Assembly (NCBI GenBank): GCA_918797485.1
Contig: CAKKNE010000005.1
Span: 2,418,001 to 2,482,000, forward strand
Direction of reading: 5' to 3'
DNA: 64,000 nt
DNA from: Pelagomonas calceolata
Lineage: Eukaryota
A program made the translations under genes and the position numbers. Position 1 is the stretch's first letter. Each line of letters starts with the position of its first letter. This document shows, in pieces, positions 1 to 10,330 of the stretch. Under the pieces are notes generated by a model. That model did no database searches and was not told where the DNA came from. It was given only the letters and a program-made list of their open reading frames with translations.

Positions 1-1273
1 GGTCGAGCGCGTCGCGATACCGGTCCATCGCTAACAACCACTGGCGCTCGCACGCGTGGACCCGCCCCAGCAGAGCGCAGCGCGTCGCGTTGGGCTCGAT
101 CTGCGCGCCTTCCGTGAGCCGCGCGACGGCCGCCGACCAGTTCCGGTTGCAGCCGCGGGCCGCACCCAACAGCGTTAACGCCCGGGCGCGCTGGTTCGCC
201 AGGTCCGCCTCCTCGCGCGAGTGCGCCCGCATCTTGGACGGCGGCGGTAATTCCGGAGGCGCATATTCCAGGTACTTCTCGAAGTCGACCTCCGCACCCC
301 TCCAGTCGCTCAGCTTCGCGCGCACGCAGCCCCGCAGGAAGCGCGCGTGCGCGAAGGGCGCGTCCGCGCCGGCGACTGCTCTCCTCCGCCGCGTCTCGCG
401 GAGCGCGCGCGCCGCGTCCTGCGTCCTGCGCCCGCCGTCGTCCCGCCGGCGCGGCGCGTCGTCGGCGGCGTCGCCGTGCGCCGTCGTCGAGGCCGTGAGC
501 GCGCGCCGCTTGCTGCCGCGCGTCGACTTGTGTCGACTCGCGGCCGTCGCGGGCGGCGCCGGCGCGTCCTCGGGCAAGGCCATCTCGGCCTCGGCCTCCT
601 CGCCCGTCAGGCTCGCGCGAAACCGCCGCTCGGCCGCGTCGAGGTCCGCGGGCTTGCGGTGCGTGTGCTCCTTCTCGAGCATGAGGCCCAAAATGTCGTT
701 CGCTCCACTATAATCGCCCATGGCCGCCGCGCAGCGGGCCTCGCCCAGCTGGCACACGGGCCGTCGTCGTTCCGGCAACAAGTCAAAGGCCGTCGCGAAG
801 GCCTCCCTCGCCTTCCGGAACTCGCCCAATGCATACCTCGCCTCGCCCCGCAGGCTCCAGATCTCGCCACACCTATGATCCTTGCGCCCCGCAAATTTTA
901 AAAGTTCCAGACATTCTTTCAATTCGGCGGGGTCCCTTCGCTCCAGAATGACGCGCGCCTGCGTCATGAACTTGAGGGCCTCTCTCCTTTGATCCCGCGC
1001 GTCTTTCCTAACTTCGCCGTACCACCTTTGTCGAAAGCCGCGCCAGCAGCGCTGCACGTCGGTGGCGTACTTCTGCCACTTCTCGACGTTGGCCCGCTGG
1101 CCCCAGGTCATCTCGAGGCGCGCCATGGCCAAATGCGGCTTCGAGAGGCTCCGCAAAAAGTCGCCCGTCAGCGGCTCGTCCGGGTCGAGGATGAGGCCCG
1201 GGTCGCGCACCAGCGACTCCGCCGCCATGGGCTGGTAGGACTCCTCCTCCTCCTCCGCGTCGGCGGCACCCAT
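1..1273 (-). CDS. IQ-motif and TPR-like repeat protein (3' end runs off window)
   Basis: Not in the ORF track because it is open to the window edge. ATG at 1273 gives MGAADAEEEEESYQP...; IQ-like ATDVQRCWRGFRQR; TPR-like WSLRGEARYALGEFRKAREAFATA and RFLRGCVRAKLSDWRGAEVDFEKYL. Confidence 0.75.
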   Translation of the reverse strand, partial: MGAADAEEEEESYQPMAAESLVRDPGLILDPDEPLTGDFLRSLSKPHLAMARLEMTWGQRANVEKWQKYATDVQRCWRGFRQRWYGEVRKDARDQRREALKFMTQARVILERRDPAELKECLELLKFAGRKDHRCGEIWSLRGEARYALGEFRKAREAFATAFDLLPERRRPVCQLGEARCAAAMGDYSGANDILGLMLEKEHTHRKPADLDAAERRFRASLTGEEAEAEMALPEDAPAPPATAASRHKSTRGSKRRALTASTTAHGDAADDAPRRRDDGGRRTQDAARALRETRRRRAVAGADAPFAHARFLRGCVRAKLSDWRGAEVDFEKYLEYAPPELPPPSKMRAHSREEADLANQRARALTLLGAARGCNRNWSAAVARLTEGAQIEPNATRCALLGRVHACERQWLLAMDRYRDALD

Positions 1274-1637
1274 TGTTGTTGTGTTTCCTTTGTATTTGTG
1301 TTTTGTGTTTTTGTGTTCAGGGGCAGCCAGACAGTGCCAGGCAGAAGATGTGACGGCGCGAACACCCGCGCACGAGTTCCTACAGATGTCCTACAGATGT
1401 AGCACGCTGCCCTTCGTGTCGTCCGCGCACGGAGCGGCTGATTTAGCGCGTCGAGGGCTGCCCCGCCGCCACCCCGCACCTGGAACAAAAGACCACCGAC
1501 GGCTGCCAAAAGGATATTTCACACGTCCAGGCATGGTAGGCGACTCTGGCACAACGGCGCGCGCTCAAGTTAAGTGCGGCATCAAGGAAATTTGCCGGGA
1601 TGCTCTCGATCTCAGGCTGCCTCTCTGCGTGGGGTGC

Positions 1638-2783
1638 ATGGCTTCTAGCTTGGGCAGCAGCGCGAGCTCCCAGCGCGGCAACAGCGCGAGCGCCCAGCGC
1701 GGCACGCTGCGCGGCAACGTCATCCGTCTGAGCAACGTGCATTCATTCGTGATTTCCGACTGTATAACTCCGTGGGACGGTGAAATTGAAGGCGCGACCG
1801 GTCTCAAATGCCACTGGCACGACCAAGGCTGGGGCAATCGGAAGGGCATGGTGTTCGCGCGCACCGCTGGCGGCGCGTGGCATCCCCTCTCTCGGAGCGT
1901 TGCCCCGCATGCGACCGCACGCCTGACGGTCCAACTGCCGCCGTCGCTCCGTGGTCGTCGCGTTCAATTCGGCTACCGCGTGGGCGGCGGCGGCGGTCAC
2001 TCGCTCTCCATCAAGGGAGCCGTTGTCCAGCTCGACACTGAGTCTCCACCGGCCTCGCGGACAGAGCAACCCGCGCCCAGACCGATCTCGCCTCCACAAG
2101 ATATTCGCGCCGACAGCTTCCGCGGCTTCGGCCGTCGTGACGAGGATTTGGCGGAAAAAGCGCTGCCGCTCGCGCTCGTCGGCAGGTATGAAGTGCGCAC
2201 GGTGTATAATGGCAAAGACGACCTCGTCATCGAAAAAGAGAGGCTCTCGTGGAAGGGCGCGCATGTGGCCGCGAGGGAAGTGCTCCTTGACTATCTGGAG
2301 AACGGCTGGTTGCGCCTGTGTTTCACCGTCTTCTGCCCGAACCAGTCGACGGACTGGCTGCGCGGCGCGGGCGGTGGCCCGCTGGTGGGCGTCATCGAGT
2401 CCTTCGACATTGTCTTCATGTCCTCTGACATTCTTGGTAGGACTACCACCTTCCGAGGAGACTTCCGCCGGCAGGGCGAGGGCATCCTCCCCACCAAGGG
2501 CGAGCGCAAGGAGTCGCTCAACGATCGCATGGCACGCATGCCGCAACTCGTGCGCTCGGTCTCTTCCGACCCGGAGGCCACATGCCCCATATGTCTTGGC
2601 AATTGGGACGCCGACGGCCTCGTGCAGACGCAGACCGAGTGCGGCCATTCGTTTTGCGCGCGATGCGTCGTCTCCGTTTGCAACATGACGCCGCCCAATA
2701 CCTCGGGCACATGCCCACTCTGTCGGAAGACTGTGACTCTCGCGGGACTGCGCCGCGTGCGGCGCGCCGCCGAGGTGTCGTAG
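1638..2783 (+). CDS. C3HC4 RING-finger protein (putative E3 ligase)
   Basis: C-terminal CPICLG...CGHSFCARC...CPLCR. Start codon uncertain; ATG 1638 (MASSLGS) chosen within ORF 1281..2783. Confidence 0.75.
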   Translation: MASSLGSSASSQRGNSASAQRGTLRGNVIRLSNVHSFVISDCITPWDGEIEGATGLKCHWHDQGWGNRKGMVFARTAGGAWHPLSRSVAPHATARLTVQLPPSLRGRRVQFGYRVGGGGGHSLSIKGAVVQLDTESPPASRTEQPAPRPISPPQDIRADSFRGFGRRDEDLAEKALPLALVGRYEVRTVYNGKDDLVIEKERLSWKGAHVAAREVLLDYLENGWLRLCFTVFCPNQSTDWLRGAGGGPLVGVIESFDIVFMSSDILGRTTTFRGDFRRQGEGILPTKGERKESLNDRMARMPQLVRSVSSDPEATCPICLGNWDADGLVQTQTECGHSFCARCVVSVCNMTPPNTSGTCPLCRKTVTLAGLRRVRRAAEVS

Positions 2784-2810
2784 ATATAAGTATGTACAAC
2801 ATATATACAA

Positions 2811-3788
2811 CTACAAGGCGTACCCCAGCCGCCCCATGGCCTCCCGCCAGCCCGGTAGCAGCGCGTCGAAATCGGCTTCCCCGCACTCGTCGCGCCACGC
2901 CGTCGTCGAGCCTTCCCGGACGAGCCGGAAGCCGTTCCGGCGCGCATCGGGGTAGAGCTGGTCGAAGAGAGGCGTGCCCGTGGCCTCCTCGGCGCGTTGC
3001 ATCGCTTTTCTGTCGCTCATGCGTATGACGTCCGCGAGGCGCTCCTGCGTCACATCGGTGCCGAGCCACGTCGCCAACTCGCTCAGCGTTGCCTCCGGCT
3101 TACTATGGAGGTCCTCGTACTTGAGGAAAAAAACGTCGGCGTCGGCGGCGGCGTCGAGGTAGCTCGTCACGTGCTTTGGCCAGTCGAAGCCGTACCGACT
3201 CTCGTCCATCCGCAAAAAGTCCGCGTAGGACGACGTGTTCGCAACGTTCCCGAGCTGCGTCTGAAACTTGTAAAAGGAGCAAAGGGTGGCGCGCGGGTCC
3301 CGGACCATGTAGATGATGCGCCGCCACCGCTCAGGGCAGTTCGGGCAGAGGCACTGCGACCAGTCCATATTTTTAAGCTCTGCTGCACAGGGCTCGCCGC
3401 CGACGGATCGGTGCTCGGCCGTGCCGATCGCGCCGGCGCGCCAGGGCTGGTGGCTCTTGAACACGCGCCCGCGTGGGCCGCGGTTGAACGCCTGGCGCGC
3501 CGGGCCCAGCTCGAGGTCCGGCATACGCCGCTCCGCCTCGGCGAACGTGAGGGCGTCGAGTTTCTCGTCGAGCAGGCGCAGGATCAGAAAGCGCGCCCAG
3601 TGCGACCCGCTCTTCGGGAAGCTCGCGAGCAACACGTCGTCCGGCCGCGGCGTCTCGCGCGCGACCTCGGCCACGTCGATCCGTCGCTCGGCGCTGATGC
3701 CCAGCGCGACGAGCGCCGCGAAGGCGGCCACGAGCGCGGCCAGGCCGAGGCGTTGGTGGGCTGGGTTCGGCTGTTGTTGCTGCACCAT
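2811..3788 (-). CDS. Membrane-anchored sulfotransferase (Sulfotransfer_1 family)
   Basis: 5'-PSB loop DDVLLASFPKSGSHW, 3'-PB motif IIYMVRDPRATLCS, LKYEDL, and an N-terminal hydrophobic anchor. Confidence 0.9.
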   Translation of the reverse strand: MVQQQQPNPAHQRLGLAALVAAFAALVALGISAERRIDVAEVARETPRPDDVLLASFPKSGSHWARFLILRLLDEKLDALTFAEAERRMPDLELGPARQAFNRGPRGRVFKSHQPWRAGAIGTAEHRSVGGEPCAAELKNMDWSQCLCPNCPERWRRIIYMVRDPRATLCSFYKFQTQLGNVANTSSYADFLRMDESRYGFDWPKHVTSYLDAAADADVFFLKYEDLHSKPEATLSELATWLGTDVTQERLADVIRMSDRKAMQRAEEATGTPLFDQLYPDARRNGFRLVREGSTTAWRDECGEADFDALLPGWREAMGRLGYAL

Positions 3789-3790
3789 AT

Positions 3791-4168
3791 CTACTGCGGT
3801 AGGTCAAAGCCGACGAATTTCAGGACCGCCGCATTAATTTCAGTGCGATTCGCCTTGTGCTTACAGAGGAGGTCGGCGAGCAAGGGCTTGAGTGCGCGGC
3901 GCCGTGCCTGCCGCGCCTTTAGGTCCCGGGCTATCTGACTACCGATCTCTAAACGGCGGGCAGCTTTGCAAGCGTCGCAATAATTTCTGGGGTGATAACC
4001 CCTTAGCTCTAGCTCGAAATGAGTGTTTTTACCACACCGCCACAGCTGATTGGTAGACACGCAAAAAGGCGGATAAATGCCAAGCTCTTCGTATCCAAAG
4101 ATATTCCTGTCCGGAGCAGCAAAGCCAACTCCACTCATGCCACAGCAGTTATGAGCGCTTCGCGCCAA
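3791..4168 (-). CDS. Small hypothetical protein with CxxC
   Basis: ORF in an AT-richer stretch containing YCDACK; no recognisable family. Confidence 0.3.
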   Translation of the reverse strand: MARSAHNCCGMSGVGFAAPDRNIFGYEELGIYPPFCVSTNQLWRCGKNTHFELELRGYHPRNYCDACKAARRLEIGSQIARDLKARQARRRALKPLLADLLCKHKANRTEINAAVLKFVGFDLPQ

Positions 4169-4197
4169 CGCGCAACAAAAGTCGGGCGCGGCAGCCA

Positions 4198-4221
4198 GCT
4201 AGCGTCCTGTAAGGCACTAGC
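4198..4221. promoter_or_regulatory. Paired-CTAG dyad element GCTAGCGTCCTGTAAGGCACTAGC
   Basis: Exact reverse complement of 11990..12013; lies between divergent genes. Confidence 0.65.
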
Positions 4222-4387
4222 GAAGCTGATGTTTGCTCTCGCATGCCTTCTCGCGGACCACAAAGGCGCTAGAGATAGCCAACGCTCCCGCAGCGCAAGA
4301 TAACAACCATTACTTGTCGATCGGCAAGAGCTCTGCGCTCAACTTCGCGCGAAGGGCAGCCATATCACACGCTGCTGCCATACACTG

Positions 4388-5311
4388 ATGGCATCGATGT
4401 GCAAAAAGAAGATGCGAGTCGCCGTCGCCGGCGCCACGGGCAACGTTGGACAACATGTCGTGCGCGCTTTGCTGGATGCGGGCCACGAGGTGCGCGCGCT
4501 CACGCGCGACCACCGCAAAGGCGAGGAGGTGCTGGGCCGGCACGCGCGCCTCCGCTTGGTCGAGGGCGAGGGCGACGACGCAGGCGCGCTGTGTACGGCA
4601 TGTATCAAATGCGACGCGGCCTTCCTCGCGTGCGCGAACTGCGAGGAACAGGCGGAGAACGAGATCGCGTTCGTGGATGCCGCACGCAGCGCAGGTGTGG
4701 AGTTCCTTGTCAAGCTGGGCACGATCCGCCAGTACACCTCGCCCACGTCGGACGTGGCGTACGCACGGCGCCATGCGGCAATAGAGGCGCACCTGGAGAA
4801 GACACCCCCAAAATGCCACATGAAGTGGGCGGTGCTGAGCCCAAACTGCTTCATGAGCAATCATCTGGCCGACGTCTTCGGCGCGCTGCCGGCGACGTCG
4901 ACGATCGCGTACCCGCTCGACGCTGACGCAGGAGCGCGGCTCGTGGACCCGCGGGACGTCGGCGAGCTGGCGGCGGCGATGCTCACGCGGCCCGAGAATT
5001 ATGATGCGCTCCACGGCAGGAAGCTCGACGTGAGCGGCCCCGAGGAAATAAACATGGGCGAGCTCGCTGCCATGTATTCAGAGGCCCTGGGGCGACCGAT
5101 CCGCTTCGAGCGCGTCTCCGTCGAGAAGTGGGTCGCGGCCGCCTCTCGTCACATCCCCGCGTGGCTCGCGGAAGATGTAGTCAAAAACTTCGAGCTCTGG
5201 AACGCCGGCGAGTTGTGTTTTGAGACGTCGCCGGAGGCGCAGCCCCTGCCCGCGCGGACGATGCGGCAGTGGGTACAGGAGTTGGCGCCCCGGAGCCCCC
5301 CACCAGAATAA
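4388..5311 (+). CDS. NmrA-like NAD(P)-binding atypical SDR
   Basis: VAVAGATGNVGQHVVRALL Rossmann motif, LVDPRDVGELAA, SGPEEINMGELA. Confidence 0.9.
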   Translation: MASMCKKKMRVAVAGATGNVGQHVVRALLDAGHEVRALTRDHRKGEEVLGRHARLRLVEGEGDDAGALCTACIKCDAAFLACANCEEQAENEIAFVDAARSAGVEFLVKLGTIRQYTSPTSDVAYARRHAAIEAHLEKTPPKCHMKWAVLSPNCFMSNHLADVFGALPATSTIAYPLDADAGARLVDPRDVGELAAAMLTRPENYDALHGRKLDVSGPEEINMGELAAMYSEALGRPIRFERVSVEKWVAAASRHIPAWLAEDVVKNFELWNAGELCFETSPEAQPLPARTMRQWVQELAPRSPPPE

Positions 5312-5315
5312 ACAA

Positions 5316-7568
5316 CTAGAATGTATCCACGTAGCTCCCGTCCTCGCGCACCATCGTGTAGGGGAAGTAGCGGTCGTTCACCGAGTCGAACGTGCACGTC
5401 GGCTCCGTGACCCTAAACGCCTTCTTCTGCTGCACGACGAAGTTGTACCTCGTGCGCTGCACCCACCAGATCTGGTAGTTGTGGCGCGGCTGGTGGAGCT
5501 CCACATCACTGGTTCGGAACGGGTAGTGCGTCCTGCCTCCATTGAACGTCACGAGGATATAATCCTCGTCATTATCATACTGCACCTCCATCATGTCCAC
5601 GCACGTCGTCCGAGCCGTCGGCATACACGAAACTTGACCCATCATGCCCACGAACGAAAACTTCGTGTCCCGGTCATTGAAGGTGCAGTCGCCGCCTTCG
5701 GAACAGGCGTCCCAGTCCGCCAGACAACCGTCGTTCCCGAGAGGCCCGTCCTCCTTGTCCCACCGTTTTCTCTCTTCGTCCCAGCGTCGTTCCCTTTGAT
5801 AATTGCCCGTGGCGCCGTCCGCAAATAAGCCCTGCCGGTCGGGGTGCGCCGCGCACCCCGGGAAGAAGAAGCATCTTCCTTTATATCTCTTCCCTTTCAA
5901 ATAATGCGAAGCGTAGCGTGTAGGAAACAAGTCCGACCGATCTTGCGGAAAGATCGGCGGCGTCGCCGTCAGGTCGCCCGGCACCATCGCTTTGAAGCAC
6001 GCTCCGCCGGGCGCCTCGGCGCCGCCCGCGCCGAACCGAAAAATCCAGGACTCGTTGTGCTGCGGCCTTCTCGCGTTCGGCGCGTCCGTGCCGGGCCCCG
6101 ACGGGTACTTGCCCTCCCGATCGATGGTCCCGGGGCAGTCCATCAACGTCAAACGGACCCAGCCCTCGTCGCCGCCGTGCGCGATGGGCTTGATGCACTC
6201 GTTCGGGTTGTCCTCGTCGTACTCGGCGCACTCCTGGATGTCGTCCTGCTCCTCCACATATATATCCGTCATGTTCTCGGTCTTGGGGCACTCCTGGTTG
6301 TAATTCCGCCGCTGGCCCCAGTCGTACGTGTAGTCGGCGCACATGATTTTGTCCTCGTTTTCGTCCATGACCGGGCAGTAGGGATACGAGTTGACGGCGA
6401 CGTCGTTCTGCTTGAAGTGGTCTAGGCTCGTGAGCTTCGCGGCCCAGGGTCCCACCGTGTTTTCGTACGCGTTTTTGGGGCAGTAGCTATAGCCCGTCTT
6501 GTCCTCGTTATTAAACGCCGGCGGGCAGCAGCACCAGGGCGACTGTTCCTTCACGAAGACCATGCTGCCTACTCGCATCGTAGATTCCGCATAGTTGCAC
6601 AGTATTTTGTCTGTGACACCAATCCCATACGTCATGTTTATCGTTTGTGTGGTATATCCGCTGATGTTTGTGGAGGTGATGCGCTGTTCATTGATGATAA
6701 ACTCCTCATCGGGGTGGTACGGCGAGCCGTTCTCCCGATGAATCTCGAGGAACGTGCCGCAGTGCTGATGCTCGCTAAAGTCGGGATCGTCGGGGTTCGG
6801 GGATGTGCCACAATTAATAACCACTGCGGTCTGGGCGATGCCCACTTGCACGCAATTTGGTCGAGTGATACCTGTCTCGATGTCCGTGCACGGCTGTCGG
6901 GCATCGACCGTCGCGTTGTTATCACTACAATTGGGCTTGATGGGGAAGGGCCTATTACCCAACCGCATGCCCTGGCAATGTGTCTTATCTGATAATGGTC
7001 GTAGTAACCCATCCTCGCCCAATCTATACAAGTATTCGCCCTGTTCGGAAGCGATGCCGTCACACCCTTCATCTAAAAAAACCTCGTCGTCCGCTCGTCT
7101 CAGTTCTCCCTCTTCGATCTCGCCGCCGTAGACATCCACCAAGTTCACATTCGCTAAAATTTCACCAGGAGGCGCCAGTAACATATGATCAAATTTCGAG
7201 GTCGGCACGCGCGGGTAATAATCCACGAGCTCGCGCTTCACCCAAGGATACACCGCCGAGCCAAAGCGATGCACGCAGCAATCGGGCACACACGTATCCG
7301 GCGCGTCCATGCAGCCGCACGGGTCGACGATCATGCCGATCGCATACAACTGCGGATGCGGCGGTCTAAAAACATATTGGTCCCGGTCAAAGAACAAGCG
7401 CGCGGGATAGAAGTGGTCCTGCGTGTCCTTCGTGTTCCGGATTTCATCTTGCAAAGTCGCCTCGGACAGCTCCATGGCTTCTTTATATTGTTCGGACGTC
7501 TCGACGAACTGGGCGGTCGTTTGTGTCGTTGTGAGGAGGAGGAGCCATGCGACGCGCATCGTCCGCAT
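5316..7568 (-). CDS. Secreted cysteine-rich protein of unknown function
   Basis: Signal peptide MRTMRVAWLLLLTTTQTTAQ; about 750 aa intronless frame; many Cys (CGC..C..CC, WCCCP) and N-glycosylation sequons. Confidence 0.75.
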   Translation of the reverse strand: MRTMRVAWLLLLTTTQTTAQFVETSEQYKEAMELSEATLQDEIRNTKDTQDHFYPARLFFDRDQYVFRPPHPQLYAIGMIVDPCGCMDAPDTCVPDCCVHRFGSAVYPWVKRELVDYYPRVPTSKFDHMLLAPPGEILANVNLVDVYGGEIEEGELRRADDEVFLDEGCDGIASEQGEYLYRLGEDGLLRPLSDKTHCQGMRLGNRPFPIKPNCSDNNATVDARQPCTDIETGITRPNCVQVGIAQTAVVINCGTSPNPDDPDFSEHQHCGTFLEIHRENGSPYHPDEEFIINEQRITSTNISGYTTQTINMTYGIGVTDKILCNYAESTMRVGSMVFVKEQSPWCCCPPAFNNEDKTGYSYCPKNAYENTVGPWAAKLTSLDHFKQNDVAVNSYPYCPVMDENEDKIMCADYTYDWGQRRNYNQECPKTENMTDIYVEEQDDIQECAEYDEDNPNECIKPIAHGGDEGWVRLTLMDCPGTIDREGKYPSGPGTDAPNARRPQHNESWIFRFGAGGAEAPGGACFKAMVPGDLTATPPIFPQDRSDLFPTRYASHYLKGKRYKGRCFFFPGCAAHPDRQGLFADGATGNYQRERRWDEERKRWDKEDGPLGNDGCLADWDACSEGGDCTFNDRDTKFSFVGMMGQVSCMPTARTTCVDMMEVQYDNDEDYILVTFNGGRTHYPFRTSDVELHQPRHNYQIWWVQRTRYNFVVQQKKAFRVTEPTCTFDSVNDRYFPYTMVREDGSYVDTF

Positions 7569-7774
7569 CGTCGTCGTCGCGGTGGCGCCCCTCGCCCGCC
7601 GCGGCGTCGGTGCTGCTCCTCGGCCAGGGGCTGCCCAAGCACCCAAGGTACGATCTCTCCCGGCGGCGTGCGCTCGCGGGCGACCACTAGGCGTCCTGGG
7701 CACCTCGTGTCGACGCGTGAGGCCCGGAGGCTGCCTCTCTGGGCCAGGCTCGGCAGTCTCAGCGTAACGCGATT

Positions 7775-7796
7775 GCTAGTGTAGCCACACACTAGC
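7775..7796. promoter_or_regulatory. Paired-CTAG dyad element variant
   Basis: GCTAGTGTAGCCACACACTAGC between divergent genes. Confidence 0.5.
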
Positions 7797-8020
7797 TGGG
7801 ATTTCGATCCGATCAGGGCAGCCATCCGGCTAACCGTCGCACGATCAAGCGCTGCCGGTTGAGAGGCCGTCTCTCCTCCGTCGTGCACACGCTCTCGTCG
7901 CTATACGCGGCGGCGTCGGCTCATTGTGCCTCGCGACATCGGCAAGTTGGCCGCCACCGTTCCGTCGGGCAGCCCTCTCCCGCCGTTCGGCGCAACTGCG
8001 AAGCAAAACTCACCAGCAGC

Positions 8021-9094
8021 ATGGAACCGAGCTGGGCCCCGGGCCTCAAGGCCCTCGTGCGCCGGCACCGCTACGACTTCGCGGCCGCGGCGGCCGAGGT
8101 CGGCGCCACGGCCAAGGAGCTCCGGATGGAGCTGTCGCGGCAGGAGTTCGGCGTAGCGGCGCCGCCGCCGCCGCCGCTGCCGCCAAAAGCACCGAAGCCC
8201 GCGCCACAAATGCAACCGCCCCCGGAGCCCGTCCTGGACAGCGACGACGACGTCGGGCCCATCGACATCGACGCGCTGCGGACGCGCCGCGGCCTTCAGC
8301 CCGCTCCCAAGCCGGACGCTCTCGTAAAACCGCAGGCGTCGTGGGACGCCGAGAGCTTTTTTAGGGAGGAGCAGCGGCGCGACCGCGAGAATTTTGAAAG
8401 GAAGCAGAAGGTGTTCGATCGGGTCCTGGCGACGCTCGGCGGCAATCAGGGGACCGAGAACGTGCCGCGCGACGTGCTCGAGGCGTTTAAAAGGTCTAGG
8501 GAGAAGGAAGAAGATCGGTTGTTCGAGCAGGAGGAAGCCATTAGGGAGAGGGCCGAGGCGCGGCGTCTCCAGGCCCAGCGCGAGACGTTGCGGCGGCGTT
8601 TTGAGAAGGGCTCGCCGGACGCCGTCGGCCTGGATCCGCTCGCCGTCAAGAAGCCGAAGGAAGCCACGGAGACGCGCGAGGAGCTGGCCAAGGCCGCGGC
8701 GGCCATGATGCCTAGGAGAGGAGGCAGCATCAACTACGACCCGGCCGGGCTCGACAAAATCCTCGACGGCATCGAACGCGAGCACGGAAATATAGAAGAC
8801 GGGCCCATCTCGGCCGAGCTGAGCGAGCTCTTCGCGCTCATGGACGCGGCGCCCAAATCCAAGAAGAAGGCCGCGGCGCCGCCGCGGCCCCCCGACCGGA
8901 ACAACCGCTTCTCTGCTTTATCGTCGCCCGAGCGCAAGCCGCCGCCGGCGAAGCGCGGCCCGGCGAGCCGCGGGACGCCCGGCGGCCCGTCAGCGCGGAG
9001 TCGCGACTACGGCGTGCGCGCGGACTCCGACGGATCCGACGACGACGACGACTGGCGGAAGGCGCGGGCGGCGCGGAAGACTACTAAGGCTTAG
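8021..9094 (+). CDS. Hypothetical coiled-coil protein, possible N-terminal SANT/Myb-like helix
   Basis: ATG 8021 MEPSWAPGLKALVRRHRYDF; charged helical middle; coding-like codon bias. Confidence 0.65.
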   Translation: MEPSWAPGLKALVRRHRYDFAAAAAEVGATAKELRMELSRQEFGVAAPPPPPLPPKAPKPAPQMQPPPEPVLDSDDDVGPIDIDALRTRRGLQPAPKPDALVKPQASWDAESFFREEQRRDRENFERKQKVFDRVLATLGGNQGTENVPRDVLEAFKRSREKEEDRLFEQEEAIRERAEARRLQAQRETLRRRFEKGSPDAVGLDPLAVKKPKEATETREELAKAAAAMMPRRGGSINYDPAGLDKILDGIEREHGNIEDGPISAELSELFALMDAAPKSKKKAAAPPRPPDRNNRFSALSSPERKPPPAKRGPASRGTPGGPSARSRDYGVRADSDGSDDDDDWRKARAARKTTKA

Positions 9095-9097
9095 TTC

Positions 9098-9808
9098 TTA
9101 CTCACAACCACTGCAAGGGCCATCATACAACCTGCCACTACACACATGCTTGGGGACCCACTCGAGGCCCTTCGCTCCGAGCTTCACGAGCAGGCTCCGG
9201 TCGGACGCGGAGTTGTTCCCGTTCTCGCCGACGTAGTACAAAAAGTCGATGCGCACCACGCCGTCGACGTCGGCGTGGCGGAGCTTCTTGATATCTTGGT
9301 TTTCAGCTGTTGACGTTCCCTTCCACACGAGCTTCGTGCCGGTCGGGGCGTGGCTCACGTGGATCTCCCACTCGTCGTCGCAACCGTTCATGCGCCATTC
9401 GCTCTTCACCGCCACGTCCGCCGCCCGCAGTGGGGCGCCGATCTCGACCTTCGGCGCTGGCGCGACGGCCTTCGTCTTCGGCGTCTTGCGCACGGGCCCC
9501 GCCCAAGCGAGGCGACCTTCTTCTACGATCACGTCGCGCTCGAAGTAAGCCCCCGGACTCGCGAGGTCGAAGGAATTTCCCGACCACTCCCACTTGATGG
9601 TGGCGCGGCCGCCGCCGGTCGGCTCGGCGCGCAAGCCGGTCACGGCGTCCGGTCGCACGGGCCCGCCGTAGGCGGAGGAGTAGAGGCAGTACTCGTGAAC
9701 GAGCTCGTCGCCGTTCGCCGTGGACACCACGACTTGATATGGATCACAGCCATAGTCGCTCGGGCCCACGCGTTGCGACAGTTGCAGGTTGTCCATCATC
9801 GAGCTCAT
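9098..9808 (-). CDS. Hypothetical protein with two similar beta-rich halves
   Basis: ATG 9808 (MSSMMDNL) after an (AAC)n-rich leader; globular composition. Confidence 0.65.
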   Translation of the reverse strand: MSSMMDNLQLSQRVGPSDYGCDPYQVVVSTANGDELVHEYCLYSSAYGGPVRPDAVTGLRAEPTGGGRATIKWEWSGNSFDLASPGAYFERDVIVEEGRLAWAGPVRKTPKTKAVAPAPKVEIGAPLRAADVAVKSEWRMNGCDDEWEIHVSHAPTGTKLVWKGTSTAENQDIKKLRHADVDGVVRIDFLYYVGENGNNSASDRSLLVKLGAKGLEWVPKHVCSGRLYDGPCSGCE

Positions 9809-10330
9809 AATCTGTGCTGTTTTGTTTGTTGTTGTTGTTGTTGCTGCGGTTGCAAGTTCTGCCGTCGCTGCGTTAGTGCTGCGGGTTCTGGCTGCTTTTG
9901 TGTGCTGCCTTTGAGTCCTACTCCACTCTCGAGGCAAGTTCTCACCAGCCAATTTTGGGCAGCCTCTCTGAGCTTGCTCCTGGTTCCCGAACGCTCGGCG
10001 AGGCACCTCACGGCTCCGAATCAAAAGCATACACATCCGTGAGTCCCAGAAGCATCTAGTACGAGTGACGCGAGGGCTCTTTACGGTACTAGTGCGCCTT
10101 CACTTAGCTGCCTGCCAATTTGTGTCCGCGCCACCCGCTACGAAACTGCGACTCTTGCCCAGCCAAGGGAATCTAACGCATCAATCATCTATAGCCGCGG
10201 GGCAGCCACACCGCTCGCCGCCCACGCCGGGCAGCTTTGCTCCATCGGTCAGTGCACTGTCTTTGGCACCGCTCGGGCGCGCTTGTACGAAACGCTTCGG
10301 CACATCGCAGCACCACAATAATTCGACGCC

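Noticed and set aside
90..901. Plus-strand ORFs 90..713 and 347..901
   Set aside because: Antisense shadows of the minus-strand IQ/TPR gene; Arg/Ala/Ser-rich with no motifs.
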